Shown: positions 27,426-37,911, counted from the stretch's first letter. The stretch: 64,000 nt of DNA from Pseudomonadota bacterium (GCA_038532095.1 JBCBBB010000002.1:31875-95874); one strand, 5' to 3'. The notes: generated by a model not told the origin, from the letters alone. Translations and numbers: made by a program.

Positions 27426-29344
27426 AAGGTCTTTCGGCAGGTCAGAAAGCCGCGGTTGTTCACTCCAAGCGGCGCAGCGGCGTGAGCCGTCAAACGGTTC
27501 TGATCGTTTTGTAGGTTTGGACTTGTCTCAAACAGAACGGAGGCCCCTTTGACGGGCATGAGCCTCCAAGGTGGTGCCATTAGCGTGCGATCCGCAGGTG
27601 TCGCCCGCAGATAGCGCACGAGGATGTCACGCTGGCTGTCGTGGCTTGCATGTATGACCTTTCCGTCACGTGCACCGGGATAGTTGCCAGCACCGCTGAC
27701 ACGGTAGTCATTCGTCACCACAACGAAGGCCATGGTATCGGTGACATGCGCACCTTGCCACCGCAGGTTCCGGATGCGTTGAGGTGCGCCCAGTGCCTGT
27801 GCCCCGTCCCGCTCAAAGCGCGGCGCTTGAGTAAGGTCGATGTCGTAAGTGACCCCTGTGATCGTATCAAAGTTGAACGATGGGAAAGTGGGGTCGATCA
27901 GCCGTTGGTCGGCTTGGTGCTCACGCACCTGAGCAAAGAGACCCGCGCTGTATTCGAGCCACGCGCGCAGTGCGAGGCCATCGATCAAAACGGCACGCAG
28001 CACGTTGGGGAACGCGTAGAGATCGGCAACGTGGCGCAGGGCAACCTCTCCCACCGGGACGTGGGTGAAGTTCCCCGCTCCACCGCGCCCACCCATCTTG
28101 AACGGCGCTGCGGCGGAGAGCAGGGGAGTTTCGGCGAGGGAGGTGTCTTTCAGCACGTCGCGCATGTGCCAGGCTTGCGCCGTGGCGACGAGTTGCACGG
28201 CGGGTGACGGTGCAACCATGGCAAGGTAGGTGTCCAGCGGACGGGCTGTCGCGCCAATCGGTTGCCTCACGTAACCGAGTGTCTCTCGATGTGCGGCTTC
28301 AGTCACCGTTAGGATGTCGGCCGCGGTGGCACTCAAACCAGACCGCGACAAATCAACGGCAATGGCGCGCGCATGCGCTTCCACGGGTTTCCACGTTTCG
28401 CCGTTCAGTGACAGGCTGAGGTCAACGCATCCCACATGTGAGCCACCAAAGCCCGCCATTGTGACCGGGGTCCCGTGGATCAGACCGCGTTCTGCATCGC
28501 TGTGTTTCAGTGTGGCGAAATCGGCGGACGGAAAAACCAGGTGGCTGTGCCCGGCCATCACCACATCGACACCATCCAGCGCGGCGACAGGAACGGCGGC
28601 GTTTTCCAAACCCGGGATGGCGCCCACGTCCTCAATACCGGAATGACACAAAACGACAACAAGGTCGGCCCCGGCGGCACGCAGCTTAGGTACGTAGAAC
28701 GCAGCGGTTTCCACGATGTCGCGCGTCCAAATCCGGTTTTCCAGATGCTTGCGATCCCAGTGCACGATCTGAGGTGGCAAAAGGCCCAGCACTCCGATCC
28801 GTAGTTCATGCGCACTACCGTTTGTATCGATCAGAGTTCGGGTCAGCATGGCGAAAGGTGGGACCAGCGTGGTGTCGCCGTCAGGGGTTTGGGCCCGTTT
28901 CGTCAGGACGTTGGCGGATACGATCGGAAAGCCCGATTGACGGACCACCGCTTGCACAACGCCGAGACCATAGTTGAACTCGTGGTTCCCGAGCGTCGCC
29001 GCATCAATCTTTAACGCATTGAGCGCGGCGATCATTGGATGAGGAGCGTCTGGGTCTTTTCCAATCTTTTCAGCAGCGTAATCCCCCATGGGATTGCCTT
29101 GCAGGATGTCGCCGTTGTCGAAGACCAGACTGTTCGCGACCTCACCCTTCAGCCGTTCCATGAGAGACGCGGCATGGAGGAGGCTGGCGCGTGTGCCGGG
29201 TGCATCATTGAAATAGTCGTAGCCGCGGATCTCCATATGAAGATCCGTGAAGTTCAATAGTCTGAGCTGAATGCGCGGCTCTGGCAAAATCCCCTTCGCT
29301 TTTTCGGTTTCGCTCGGTGTCTTTGGCGGTCTCATCAAGCACAC
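27422..29344 (-). CDS. CpdB-like bifunctional 2',3'-cyclic-nucleotide 2'-phosphodiesterase/3'-nucleotidase family protein (calcineurin-like metallophosphoesterase plus 5'-nucleotidase C domain)
   Basis: LRLLNFTDLH..I..YDY.....F.DNGD.LQG.P..DY...GNHEFNYG...H.G are metallophosphoesterase motifs, 640 aa. No N-terminal signal peptide is visible. Confidence 0.85.
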   Translation of the reverse strand: MCLMRPPKTPSETEKAKGILPEPRIQLRLLNFTDLHMEIRGYDYFNDAPGTRASLLHAASLMERLKGEVANSLVFDNGDILQGNPMGDYAAEKIGKDPDAPHPMIAALNALKIDAATLGNHEFNYGLGVVQAVVRQSGFPIVSANVLTKRAQTPDGDTTLVPPFAMLTRTLIDTNGSAHELRIGVLGLLPPQIVHWDRKHLENRIWTRDIVETAAFYVPKLRAAGADLVVVLCHSGIEDVGAIPGLENAAVPVAALDGVDVVMAGHSHLVFPSADFATLKHSDAERGLIHGTPVTMAGFGGSHVGCVDLSLSLNGETWKPVEAHARAIAVDLSRSGLSATAADILTVTEAAHRETLGYVRQPIGATARPLDTYLAMVAPSPAVQLVATAQAWHMRDVLKDTSLAETPLLSAAAPFKMGGRGGAGNFTHVPVGEVALRHVADLYAFPNVLRAVLIDGLALRAWLEYSAGLFAQVREHQADQRLIDPTFPSFNFDTITGVTYDIDLTQAPRFERDGAQALGAPQRIRNLRWQGAHVTDTMAFVVVTNDYRVSGAGNYPGARDGKVIHASHDSQRDILVRYLRATPADRTLMAPPWRLMPVKGASVLFETSPNLQNDQNRLTAHAAAPLGVNNRGFLTCRKTF

Positions 29345-29437
29345 CTATAGGGCGAGGGGTCGTGAAGAACTAGCCGTGTCCTGTTTGCGCCGCTTCTGAC
29401 ATCGTGTCACATGAGGTGCGGAGATAGGGGAAATTTT

Positions 29438-30394
29438 ATGAAAGATGCGGAAACCGTCATGTTCGGTGGGTCTGGTCTTGATCGGGCGGCCGCGTTGCGC
29501 AGTGATCCGGCGAAAATCGCCGAGCTGCGTTCGAAGGGCGGCGTTGTTCCCCTTTGGCGTGGCAAACCCTTGCTGGACAGCGAAAGTCGTCAGCCCGTTT
29601 TCCTGCCGCAGGATCATCGCGTGTTCGATGTCGCGCAGGAGGATGCACTCTTCCTGGGCTTTGATGAGGGTGTACCGCGCTTTGCGCGCGACGTGTCCGC
29701 CTTCGACGCCGTGTCGGACATGGAAACGGTTGGCCATTTCTCTGACCCGTCCGAACAACATCATCCGGATTTGCCGGGGACCCAGGTCTTTGCCGAGTTG
29801 CGCGCCAACATGGCCATGCTCACGCCGCGTGCAGCCGAGTTGCTGGCAAGTGGCAAGGCTTTGTTGGAGTGGCATCGGACGCATCGGTTCTGCGCGCGAT
29901 GCGGCTCGCCCAGCGATATGACCGAAGCGGGTTGGCAGCGGAAGTGCACTGTCTGCAAGGCCGTTCATTTTCCACGCACGGATCCGGTCGTGATTATGCT
30001 GATCACCAAAGGAAACGCGGTGCTGATGGGACGATCCCATCATTGGCCGGACGGCATGTATTCGCTGCTGGCAGGGTTTGTTGAGCCGGGCGAGACCATC
30101 GAGGCTGCCGTGCGTCGAGAAACGTTCGAGGAAGCGGGCGTTCATGTGGGTGAGGTGCGATATCTGGCGTCACAACCGTGGCCGTTTCCGAACTCGCTCA
30201 TGTTCGGCTGCCAGGGTCTGGCGACGACGTCAGAGATCGAGATTGACCCGGTTGAAATCGAGGATGCCCACTGGGTGACACGGGAAGACATGATGGCCGC
30301 CACCGCAGGACATCGACCGGATATGAAGCCAGCGCGAAAGGGGTCCATTGCGCGTTTTCTGATCGAAAAGTGGCTTGCGGATGCTCTGGACTAG
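29438..30394 (+). CDS. nudC: NAD+ diphosphatase (NADH pyrophosphatase, Nudix)
   Basis: Zinc ribbon FCARCG.......G..RKC..C, Nudix box GFVEPGETIEAAVRRETFEEAGV, and the NudC signature SQPWPFPNSLM. The start could also be 29411 or 29459. Confidence 0.9.
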   Translation: MKDAETVMFGGSGLDRAAALRSDPAKIAELRSKGGVVPLWRGKPLLDSESRQPVFLPQDHRVFDVAQEDALFLGFDEGVPRFARDVSAFDAVSDMETVGHFSDPSEQHHPDLPGTQVFAELRANMAMLTPRAAELLASGKALLEWHRTHRFCARCGSPSDMTEAGWQRKCTVCKAVHFPRTDPVVIMLITKGNAVLMGRSHHWPDGMYSLLAGFVEPGETIEAAVRRETFEEAGVHVGEVRYLASQPWPFPNSLMFGCQGLATTSEIEIDPVEIEDAHWVTREDMMAATAGHRPDMKPARKGSIARFLIEKWLADALD

Positions 30395-30409
30395 GTGCGA
30401 AGAAACCTC

Positions 30410-30859
30410 ATGAAGTTCTCCACTCGTGAAGATATCGACGCGCCGATCGAAGAGGTTTTTAAGGCGGTGTCCGATTTCGATGCGTTCGAGCGCCGTATGC
30501 TGCGGCGGGGTGTCGATATTCGGCGAGATGAAACGATGCCGATTGACCATGTCGGTGCGTCATGGAAAGCGCAGTTCTCGTGGCGCGGACGTACCTATGA
30601 TGTCGATGCCTCACTGGCCGAGGTGTCACCGGGCGAAGGTTACGTGATCGAGAGCCGTTCGAATGGCGTCGAATGTTTGGGCGGCGTTGAACTGGTCGCG
30701 TTGTCTAAGACGCGAACACGGCTGTTTGTGTCACTCGATTTGAAACCCCAGACACTGTCGGCCCGTCTTTTGGTTCAGTCTTTGAAGCTGGCGAAGGGCA
30801 ATCTGAACCGCCGCTTCAAGGTACGTGTGCATGAGTTCGCGAAAGGCTTATCGCACTAG
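30410..30859 (+). CDS. SRPBCC family protein (polyketide cyclase/dehydrase-like)
   Basis: About 149 aa. The N-terminus F....DI.AP.E.VF.AVSDF..FER is typical of SRPBCC ligand-binding proteins. Confidence 0.7.
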   Translation: MKFSTREDIDAPIEEVFKAVSDFDAFERRMLRRGVDIRRDETMPIDHVGASWKAQFSWRGRTYDVDASLAEVSPGEGYVIESRSNGVECLGGVELVALSKTRTRLFVSLDLKPQTLSARLLVQSLKLAKGNLNRRFKVRVHEFAKGLSH

Positions 30860-31447
30860 GTGAAAACGATCACGGCGCGCGATGGCGAAACTGATCAGCG
30901 GTGCAATCAGCGCGGTCAAGATGGCACCGCCAAGACCGACAATGTAAATGCCGCCAATAATCTCGCTCAGAACATCCCACTCAAACTTCTTCATGGCGCT
31001 AAAGACACCAAGCGCCAGTGCGGCGATCCAGCCGGCGCTGGACATGCCCGCCAGTGCGCCAAGCCGCAAGCGATGAGTGAACGGTAAGCTGCCGAAGCGA
31101 TGGCCAGCATAGGCAATCATGGTCGGCAGGCCGAGACGCCCGATCAGGAAGGCGTTCACAGTCAGTAAGCTTACCACGCAGAGTTTGGCGACCAGTTTTG
31201 GGGAAAAGTTCTGTGGGTCGAACCCAGTTCGCAGCCAGAGAAGGATCAGGCCGCTGCTCCAGAACAGGGCAAGGCCGAACGCCACGGTTCGATGGTATCT
31301 GTGAAGATCGATGAACTCGTGGTTCTCGAGTGGCCTGAAGAGGGAGCGCGCCGCAGAAAGATCGGCAACAATTGCCACACCAAAGCCGAGAGCCAGCCCC
31401 AAAAGATGTGCCGCGCGTGCGGCGTCATTCAGTAACTCCAGGTCCAT
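30848..31447 (-). CDS. hypothetical polytopic membrane protein (about 199 aa)
   Basis: Five or six hydrophobic segments. No family recognised. The start is taken at MDLELL (31447). Confidence 0.55.
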   Translation of the reverse strand: MDLELLNDAARAAHLLGLALGFGVAIVADLSAARSLFRPLENHEFIDLHRYHRTVAFGLALFWSSGLILLWLRTGFDPQNFSPKLVAKLCVVSLLTVNAFLIGRLGLPTMIAYAGHRFGSLPFTHRLRLGALAGMSSAGWIAALALGVFSAMKKFEWDVLSEIIGGIYIVGLGGAILTALIAPLISFAIARRDRFHLVR

Positions 31448-31667
31448 ATTCGGTTCCGGCAAAGTTCGTTCACAGCAGGGTGCATCCCATCTCATCCCTT
31501 CCTGCGCCCTAGGTTCTGCGGAATTGTGGCAGGTTCGGGACAGCTTTATGGCTGAGCGGAAACGCTCCGTCGCGAATCTGGCGTTCGGAAGGCTGGCGCA
31601 GAGGCGAATGTTTCGTTATTATCGCCACAGACCCGGAAAACCGGGCAAGAGGCAGTGAGCAGGTCTC

Positions 31668-32834
31668 ATGACGGAAATGGTTTATGGCGCGGTCCCGGCA
31701 GGGGACGGTGAGCCGATTCTCCCGCGTTGGTGGCGAACCATCGACAAATGGTCGATGAGTTGCGTGTTGCTGCTGTTCGGGATTGGTCTTTTGCTTGGGC
31801 TGGCCTCGTCGCCGCCGCTAGCCGAGCGCAACGGCTTCAGCGCGTTTCACTATGTCGAGCGACAGGTTCTGTTCGGATCGCTGGCCCTTGTCACAATGTT
31901 TGTCATCACCTTGATGTCGCCCAAGATGGTGCGTCGTCTCGCGGTCTTGGGGTTCGCGGCGTCTTTTGTCTTGCTTCTCTTCCTCCCCTTCTTCGGGACG
32001 GATTTTGGGAAAGGGGCTGTCCGGTGGTATTCGCTTGGCTTCGGCTCCATGCAACCGTCGGAGTTTCTCAAACCGGGTTTCATCGTTCTGGTTGGCTGGA
32101 TGATTGCAGCCTCGAACGAGGTCGCGGGACCGCCCGGTAAGACCTATTCCTTTGCCCTTGCAATGATCATTGTCCTGCTCCTGGCCTTGCAGCCGGACTT
32201 TGGCCAGGCGTGCCTGATCCTGTTTGCATGGGGCGTGATGTATTTCGTTGGTGGTGCGCCGTTCATAATCCTGGCCGCCATCGCGGGTCTGACCGTGTTT
32301 GCCGGTGCCTTGGCCTACCAACACTCCGAGCACTTTGCGCGGCGCATCGATGGCTTTCTGTCGGCAGAGGTCGATCCGACAACGCAACTCGGCTATGCGG
32401 CGAACGCCATTCGGGAAGGCGGCTTCTTCGGTGTCGGTGTTGGCGAAGGCACGGTGAAGTGGTCGCTGCCCGATGCCCATACAGACTTCATAATTGCCGT
32501 CGCGGCAGAGGAATACGGGCTGATCCTCGTGCTTGTCATCATCGGTCTTTATGCGACGATTGTCCTACGATCGCTCTTTCGTTTGATGCGCGAGCGTGAC
32601 CCGTTCATCCGTTTGGCTGGCACCGGGCTTGCCTGTACCTTTGCGATGCAGGCGATGATCAACATCAGCGTTGCGGTGCGGCTTCTTCCGGCAAAGGGTA
32701 TGACCTTGCCATTTGTGAGCTACGGGGGATCGTCCCTTGTCGCCGGTGGGATCATGATCGGGATGCTTCTGGCGTTCACGCGCACGCGGCCGCAAGGGGA
32801 GATCCGCGACTACCTCGTGCGGAGCGGGCGGTGA
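31668..32834 (+). CDS. ftsW: peptidoglycan glycosyltransferase / lipid II flippase FtsW (SEDS family)
   Basis: 388 aa, polytopic. Contains SEFLKP.F.......LQPDFG....... and ...P..HTDFI.A...EE.G......LP..G..LPF.SYGGSS. Directly upstream of murG. Confidence 0.93.
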   Translation: MTEMVYGAVPAGDGEPILPRWWRTIDKWSMSCVLLLFGIGLLLGLASSPPLAERNGFSAFHYVERQVLFGSLALVTMFVITLMSPKMVRRLAVLGFAASFVLLLFLPFFGTDFGKGAVRWYSLGFGSMQPSEFLKPGFIVLVGWMIAASNEVAGPPGKTYSFALAMIIVLLLALQPDFGQACLILFAWGVMYFVGGAPFIILAAIAGLTVFAGALAYQHSEHFARRIDGFLSAEVDPTTQLGYAANAIREGGFFGVGVGEGTVKWSLPDAHTDFIIAVAAEEYGLILVLVIIGLYATIVLRSLFRLMRERDPFIRLAGTGLACTFAMQAMINISVAVRLLPAKGMTLPFVSYGGSSLVAGGIMIGMLLAFTRTRPQGEIRDYLVRSGR

Positions 32835-33916
32835 GACGGCGCCACCTTATTATCGCCGCTGGCGGAACTGGAGGGCACATGTTTCCGGCCCAGGCCTTGG
32901 CCGAGGAAGTTCTGGCGCGCGGATGGCGCGTCACGCTTTCAACCGACGTCCGGGGCGCTCGGTATGCGGGCGGCTTTCCCAAGGACGTGACGATCCGGCA
33001 AGTGGTCAGCGCAACCCCGGCACGCGGTGGAGCGCTAGGCAAGCTTCTCGCTCCGTTTCGGATTGGGTTTGGCGTTGCCACCGCCCTTGTCCGGTTTCTC
33101 ACAGACCGTCCTAGCGTCGTTGCCGGTTTTGGAGGATACCCTTCTATCCCGGCACTTTCTGCGGCCTGGGCTTTGCGCGTGCCGCGTCTGATCCATGAGC
33201 AAAACGGAGTGCTCGGACGGGTCAATCAGGTCTTCGCCCCGCGCGTCGACAAGGTTGCTTGTGGGACTTGGCCGACGGAACTGCCGTCTTCTGTGTCGGC
33301 TGTTCACATCGGAAACCCTGTACGCGCGGCGGTGCTTGAGCGTGCGCGACATCCGTACCCCGGCGAAGATGCAACGCTGCACATCGTGGCGTTCGGGGGC
33401 AGTCAGGGTGCGCGCGTGATTTCGGACACTGTGCCTGAGGCCGTTGCACACCTGCCGGAACTGGTGCGAAAGCGGCTGGCCGTGACCCACCAGGCGCGAC
33501 CAGAAGATGCGGACCGGGTACGATCCATTTATCTAGAGGCGGGCATCGAAGTGGACATCGCGCCATTCTTCGACGACATGCCGGAGCGTCTTGCTGCGGC
33601 GCATCTGGTGATCTGCCGGTCTGGTGCATCATCGATCGCTGATCTCAGTATTATTGGACGACCCTCCATCCTGATCCCGCTGGCGTCTGCCATCCGGGAT
33701 GAACAAACGGCCAATGCGCGTGGGCTGGTTGATGCCGATGCGGCCGTGCTGATCCCGGAATCCAAGCTTGACCCGGCCACGCTCTCCGAGCAGATAATGG
33801 TTATCCTGACAACGCCGGACGTCGGAAAGCGCATGAGCGCGAATGCCCTAACCCAAGGCACGCCGAACGCGGCGAAGGACCTGGCCGACCTCGTCAATCA
33901 ATTGGCAGGAGACTGA
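32831..33916 (+). CDS. murG: UDP-N-acetylglucosamine--N-acetylmuramyl-(pentapeptide) pyrophosphoryl-undecaprenol GlcNAc transferase
   Basis: [16 protein letters not shown]...RGW and ...GGSQGA......R.GASS..DL...G.P.IL.P. A 4-nt overlap with ftsW. Confidence 0.96.
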   Translation: MRRRHLIIAAGGTGGHMFPAQALAEEVLARGWRVTLSTDVRGARYAGGFPKDVTIRQVVSATPARGGALGKLLAPFRIGFGVATALVRFLTDRPSVVAGFGGYPSIPALSAAWALRVPRLIHEQNGVLGRVNQVFAPRVDKVACGTWPTELPSSVSAVHIGNPVRAAVLERARHPYPGEDATLHIVAFGGSQGARVISDTVPEAVAHLPELVRKRLAVTHQARPEDADRVRSIYLEAGIEVDIAPFFDDMPERLAAAHLVICRSGASSIADLSIIGRPSILIPLASAIRDEQTANARGLVDADAAVLIPESKLDPATLSEQIMVILTTPDVGKRMSANALTQGTPNAAKDLADLVNQLAGD

Positions 33917-33917
33917 C

Positions 33918-35339
33918 ATGAACGCAGCCGCAGCGACCAAGCTTCCGACCGAGATGGGGCCAATCCACTTTGTGGGTATCGGCGGTATTGGGATGTCGGG
34001 CATTGCGGAAGTTCTGCTGGAGGCCGGGTACGCAGTGCAAGGCTCTGATCTGAAACGGTCCAAGATCACAGATCGACTTGAAGCCAAAGGCGCACGCATT
34101 TTCGAGGGCCAGCGCGCGGAAAACCTCGACGGTGCGGAGGTCATTGTGATCTCGTCTGCGATCAAGCGCGGCAACGCCGAACTGGATCATGCGCGTTTGC
34201 TGGGCCTTCCGGTTGTCCGCCGGGCGGAGATGTTGGCGGAATTGATGCGCTTGCGGTCCAACATCGCGGTGGCCGGAACGCACGGGAAGACGACGACCAC
34301 GACCATGGTTGCCGCGCTTCTGGACCACGGGGGCATCGATCCGACGGTGATCAATGGCGGCATTATCCACGCTTATGGATCGAATGCACGGGTTGGTTCG
34401 GGCGAGTGGATGGTTGTAGAGGCCGACGAAAGCGACGGCACGTTCAATCGACTGCCCGCAACGATTGCCATCGTGACGAATATCGACCCCGAGCACATGG
34501 AGCATTGGGGAACGATCGAGAACCTTCGAAAGGGGTTCGACGATTTCGTGTCGAACATTCCGTTCTACGGGTTGGCGGTGCTCTGCACCGATCATCCTGA
34601 GGTACAGGCCTTGGTGGGCCGTGTCACCGACCGGCGGATTGTGACGTTCGGTTTCAATGCCCAGGCCGATGTCCGGGCGGTGAACCTGAGCTATGACCGC
34701 GGCACCGCGCATTTCGATATCGAATTGGCCGATGGCATGGTGATCGACGGCTGCACGCTGCCGATGCCGGGCGACCACAATGTCTCGAACGCCTTGGCTG
34801 CGGTTGCGGTGGCGCGCCATCTCGGCATGAAGTCGGTCGAGATTCGCGAGGCGTTGGAACACTTCAAAGGCGTGAACCGGCGTTTCACCCGTGTCGGTGA
34901 GGTGGACGGCGTGACGATCATTGACGATTACGGGCATCATCCCGTTGAGATCGCTGCCGTGTTGAAAGCCGCGCGGCAAGCGGTGGGCACGGACACGGAT
35001 GCGCGCGTGATCGCGGTGCATCAACCGCACCGGTATTCAAGGTTGTCGTCTTTGTTCGAAGATTTCTGCACCTGTTTCAATGAAGCGGATGTGGTTGGCA
35101 TTGCGGAAGTCTTTGCCGCTGGTGAGGATCCGATCCCCGGTGCGCACCGGGAAGACCTCGTCGCGGGGCTGATCCGCCACGGGCATCGACACGCACGCGC
35201 CGTTATCAATGAAGATGACCTTGAGCGTCTCGTGCGGGAGCAGGCCAGACCGGGCGACATCGTCGTGTGTCTGGGGGCGGGCACGATCAGCGCGTGGGCG
35301 AACAACCTTCCGGCGCGTTTGTCCAAATCTGCCGCCTGA
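33918..35339 (+). CDS. murC: UDP-N-acetylmuramate--L-alanine ligase
   Basis: [18 protein letters not shown]...GY.V.GSD and ...[11 protein letters not shown].......DP.. DDYGHHP.EI. Confidence 0.97.
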   Translation: MNAAAATKLPTEMGPIHFVGIGGIGMSGIAEVLLEAGYAVQGSDLKRSKITDRLEAKGARIFEGQRAENLDGAEVIVISSAIKRGNAELDHARLLGLPVVRRAEMLAELMRLRSNIAVAGTHGKTTTTTMVAALLDHGGIDPTVINGGIIHAYGSNARVGSGEWMVVEADESDGTFNRLPATIAIVTNIDPEHMEHWGTIENLRKGFDDFVSNIPFYGLAVLCTDHPEVQALVGRVTDRRIVTFGFNAQADVRAVNLSYDRGTAHFDIELADGMVIDGCTLPMPGDHNVSNALAAVAVARHLGMKSVEIREALEHFKGVNRRFTRVGEVDGVTIIDDYGHHPVEIAAVLKAARQAVGTDTDARVIAVHQPHRYSRLSSLFEDFCTCFNEADVVGIAEVFAAGEDPIPGAHREDLVAGLIRHGHRHARAVINEDDLERLVREQARPGDIVVCLGAGTISAWANNLPARLSKSAA

Positions 35340-35345
35340 GCGGCA

Positions 35346-36326
35346 TCAAAGCAGCCCGGCGCTTTTGAACAAGTCGCCAAGGCTGGTTTCGGGTCGCGCA
35401 CCGTAGTGTGAAATCACCTCAGCCGCTGCGATGCATCCCATCTGTCCGGAGACCTCAAGCGATTTGCCGGTCGCATACCCAAACAAGAAGCCCGCTGCGA
35501 ACTGATCGCCGGCCCCGGTTGCATCAACTGGTGTCACCATCGTGACCGGGACGGAGACCGTATCGCCGCCTTGGACCAACAAAACATCCTGGCCGGATCT
35601 GGTGCAAACGGCGAGCCCGGCATCGGTGGAGGCCAGTTCAAGCGCGCTCGACAGGTCGGTTTGATAAAGCGCTTCCCACTCGTGCTCGTTTCCGATCACG
35701 TAGTCGAGGTCCTTAACCAATCTGCGAAAGTCATCGCGATGCCGATCAACGCAGAACGGATCAGACAGGGCGATGCCAGCGCGCCCGCCATTGTCCCGGC
35801 AGAGCTTGGCCGCGCGCTCGAACGCGGCTTTGCCTTTATCCTTGTCGTACAGATATCCCTCAAGAAACAAGATTTGCGCCTGGCCCGCGACATCGTCGGA
35901 CACGTCTTCCGGGCCAAGCTCCGAGGATATCCCGAGATAGGTGTTCATCGATCTTTCTCCGTCAGGAGAAACGAAGATCATCGAACGCGAGGTGGGAAGC
36001 TCGCCATCCGGGACGGGCGCATTGACAAAACTGGTGCCGCCATCCTCCATCGCAGAGGCGTAGAACCGACCCAAAGCGTCATCGTGAACCCGGCCAATGA
36101 AGCCGGTTTTCAGTCCCAGGTTCCCAAGGCCTGCCAGCGTGTTGGCGACCGAGCCACCGGCGGCCTGCACACGATCTGACATGGCGGCATAAAGCAATTC
36201 ACCCCGATCGCGCTCGACCAGTTGCATGATGCCTTTCTCGATCCCCATGTGCTCAAGAAAGCTGTCATCTGCCTTGGCGATGACATCCACGACGGCGTTT
36301 CCAATTCCGACGACCTCAAAACTCAC
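35346..36326 (-). CDS. adenosine kinase / PfkB-family ribokinase-like kinase
   Basis: FEVVGIGNAVVDV.A..DD.FL....I.KG.M.L and the C-terminal DATGAGDQFAAGFLFG. I prefer the GTG at 36326 (GAGGAG 8 nt upstream), which overlaps the nth stop as GTGA. The track start at 36398 would overlap nth by 76 nt. Confidence 0.85.
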   Translation of the reverse strand: MSFEVVGIGNAVVDVIAKADDSFLEHMGIEKGIMQLVERDRGELLYAAMSDRVQAAGGSVANTLAGLGNLGLKTGFIGRVHDDALGRFYASAMEDGGTSFVNAPVPDGELPTSRSMIFVSPDGERSMNTYLGISSELGPEDVSDDVAGQAQILFLEGYLYDKDKGKAAFERAAKLCRDNGGRAGIALSDPFCVDRHRDDFRRLVKDLDYVIGNEHEWEALYQTDLSSALELASTDAGLAVCTRSGQDVLLVQGGDTVSVPVTMVTPVDATGAGDQFAAGFLFGYATGKSLEVSGQMGCIAAAEVISHYGARPETSLGDLFKSAGLL

Positions 36327-36967
36327 GTGGTTTTCTCCTCGAACTGGCACAGGTCCGCGATCAGGCAGGCCTGACATTTGGGTTTTCGGGCAACGCACAC
36401 ATAGCGACCATGCAGGATCAGCCAGTGATGGGCATGAAGCTGAAATTCCGCAGGAATGTGATCTTCGATGGATCGTTCCACAGCGTCGACATCTTTGCCC
36501 GGCGCGATGCCGGTGCGATTGCCAACGCGGAAAATGTGCGTATCAACGGCTTGGGCAGGGTGTTTCCACCACATGTTCAGGACGACGTTCGCGGTTTTTC
36601 GTCCAACGCCCGGCAATGATTGCAGTGCCGCCCGGGAGGAAGGAACCTCGCCGCCATATTCATCGACCAGTAGCCGCGCCATCTTGATGACGTTCTTGGC
36701 CTTGTTGCGGAAGAGACCGATTGTCTTGATATGCTCGATCAGCCCGTCTTCGCCGAGCGCCAGCATTTTCTCGGGCGTGTCCGCAATCTCAAACAGTTTG
36801 GCTGTGGCCTTGTTCACCCCCGCATCGGTCGCCTGCGCCGAAAGCGCAACAGCGACCACCAACGTGTAGGCGTTCACGTGATGCAACTCCCCTTTTGGTT
36901 CGTCTTCAGCATCGCGAAACCGCGTAAAGATCTCAACGATGGTGGGATAGGGGAGTTGCTTGGCCAT
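36323..36967 (-). CDS. nth: endonuclease III
   Basis: HhH-GPD motif LPGVGRKTANVVLN and a C-terminal [4Fe-4S] cluster loop C.AR.P.C..C....LC. The start is taken at MAKQLPYP (36967). Confidence 0.95.
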   Translation of the reverse strand: MAKQLPYPTIVEIFTRFRDAEDEPKGELHHVNAYTLVVAVALSAQATDAGVNKATAKLFEIADTPEKMLALGEDGLIEHIKTIGLFRNKAKNVIKMARLLVDEYGGEVPSSRAALQSLPGVGRKTANVVLNMWWKHPAQAVDTHIFRVGNRTGIAPGKDVDAVERSIEDHIPAEFQLHAHHWLILHGRYVCVARKPKCQACLIADLCQFEEKTT

Positions 36968-37071
36968 GGACGCGTTTTGGCGGAATGTGAGGAGGCCTGC
37001 AATCCCGCAAGTTCCGGGTCGCAAATCGAAAGATGATCCGTACATTCGGGATCAACAAAAGAGGTGTGCGG

Positions 37072-37911
37072 ATGTCGGATGTCGATACAAGATATCATTA
37101 CCAGTTGATGCGTCGCGCGATTGACCTGATCGACAACGACGCAGGCCGTGGTCTGTCTCTCGACGAGATCGCGGATGAGATGTCGATGAGCCCCGCGCAT
37201 TTCCAACGGATATTCAGCCGTTGGGCCGGGGTGTCTCCGAAGCGGTATCAGCAGTGGCTCAAGCTCGATCACGCCAAAAGCCTGCTGGCGAACCGGCATA
37301 CCACACTTGAAACCGCCGATGAGGTGGGTTTGTCGGGGTCAGGGCGGTTGCATGATCTGTTCGTGCGCTGGGAAGCCATGAGCCCCGGGGATTACGCCAA
37401 AGGTGGCGAGGGACTTGAGATTCTCTGGGGTTGGTTCGAAAGCCCGTTTGGGCCTGCGTTGATTATGGGCACCGAACGCGGCATTTGCGGCATCGGTTTC
37501 GCGGGGGAGACCGGCGCGGAAGACGCCATGACGGACCTGATTGGTCGCTGGCCGAAGGCGACGTTCATTGAGGACCCAACCGCGCTCAAACCTCAGGCGG
37601 ATGCGGCGTTCCCGGCTTCTGGCGCGGCGACAGCAAAACTTTTCCTGATCGGGGCCCCGTTTCAGATCAAGGTTTGGGAGGCTTTGCTTCATGTGCCGAC
37701 AGGGCATGTAACGACCTATTCTGATATCGCCCGCGTCATCGGTCGGCCGAAAGCCGTAAGAGCTGTCGGTACGGCGGTCGGTCGCAATCCGATATCCTGG
37801 CTGATCCCGTGTCATCGCGCGTTGCGCAAGTCGGGTGGTTTGGGTGGGTATCACTGGGGTTTGCCTGTCAAGCGAACCATGCTGGCATGGGAAGCCGCGG
37901 AAACCGCCTGA
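37072..37911 (+). CDS. AraC-type HTH domain fused to methylated-DNA--protein-cysteine methyltransferase (Ada-like, without the N-terminal Zn methylphosphotriester domain)
   Basis: AraC HTH L.EIA.EM.MSP.HFQR.F....GVSPK.Y......A. MGMT domain FQ.KVWEAL..VP.G.V.TYSDIA...G.PKAVRAVG.A.G.NP....IPCHR with the PCHR active site. Confidence 0.88.
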   Translation: MSDVDTRYHYQLMRRAIDLIDNDAGRGLSLDEIADEMSMSPAHFQRIFSRWAGVSPKRYQQWLKLDHAKSLLANRHTTLETADEVGLSGSGRLHDLFVRWEAMSPGDYAKGGEGLEILWGWFESPFGPALIMGTERGICGIGFAGETGAEDAMTDLIGRWPKATFIEDPTALKPQADAAFPASGAATAKLFLIGAPFQIKVWEALLHVPTGHVTTYSDIARVIGRPKAVRAVGTAVGRNPISWLIPCHRALRKSGGLGGYHWGLPVKRTMLAWEAAETA

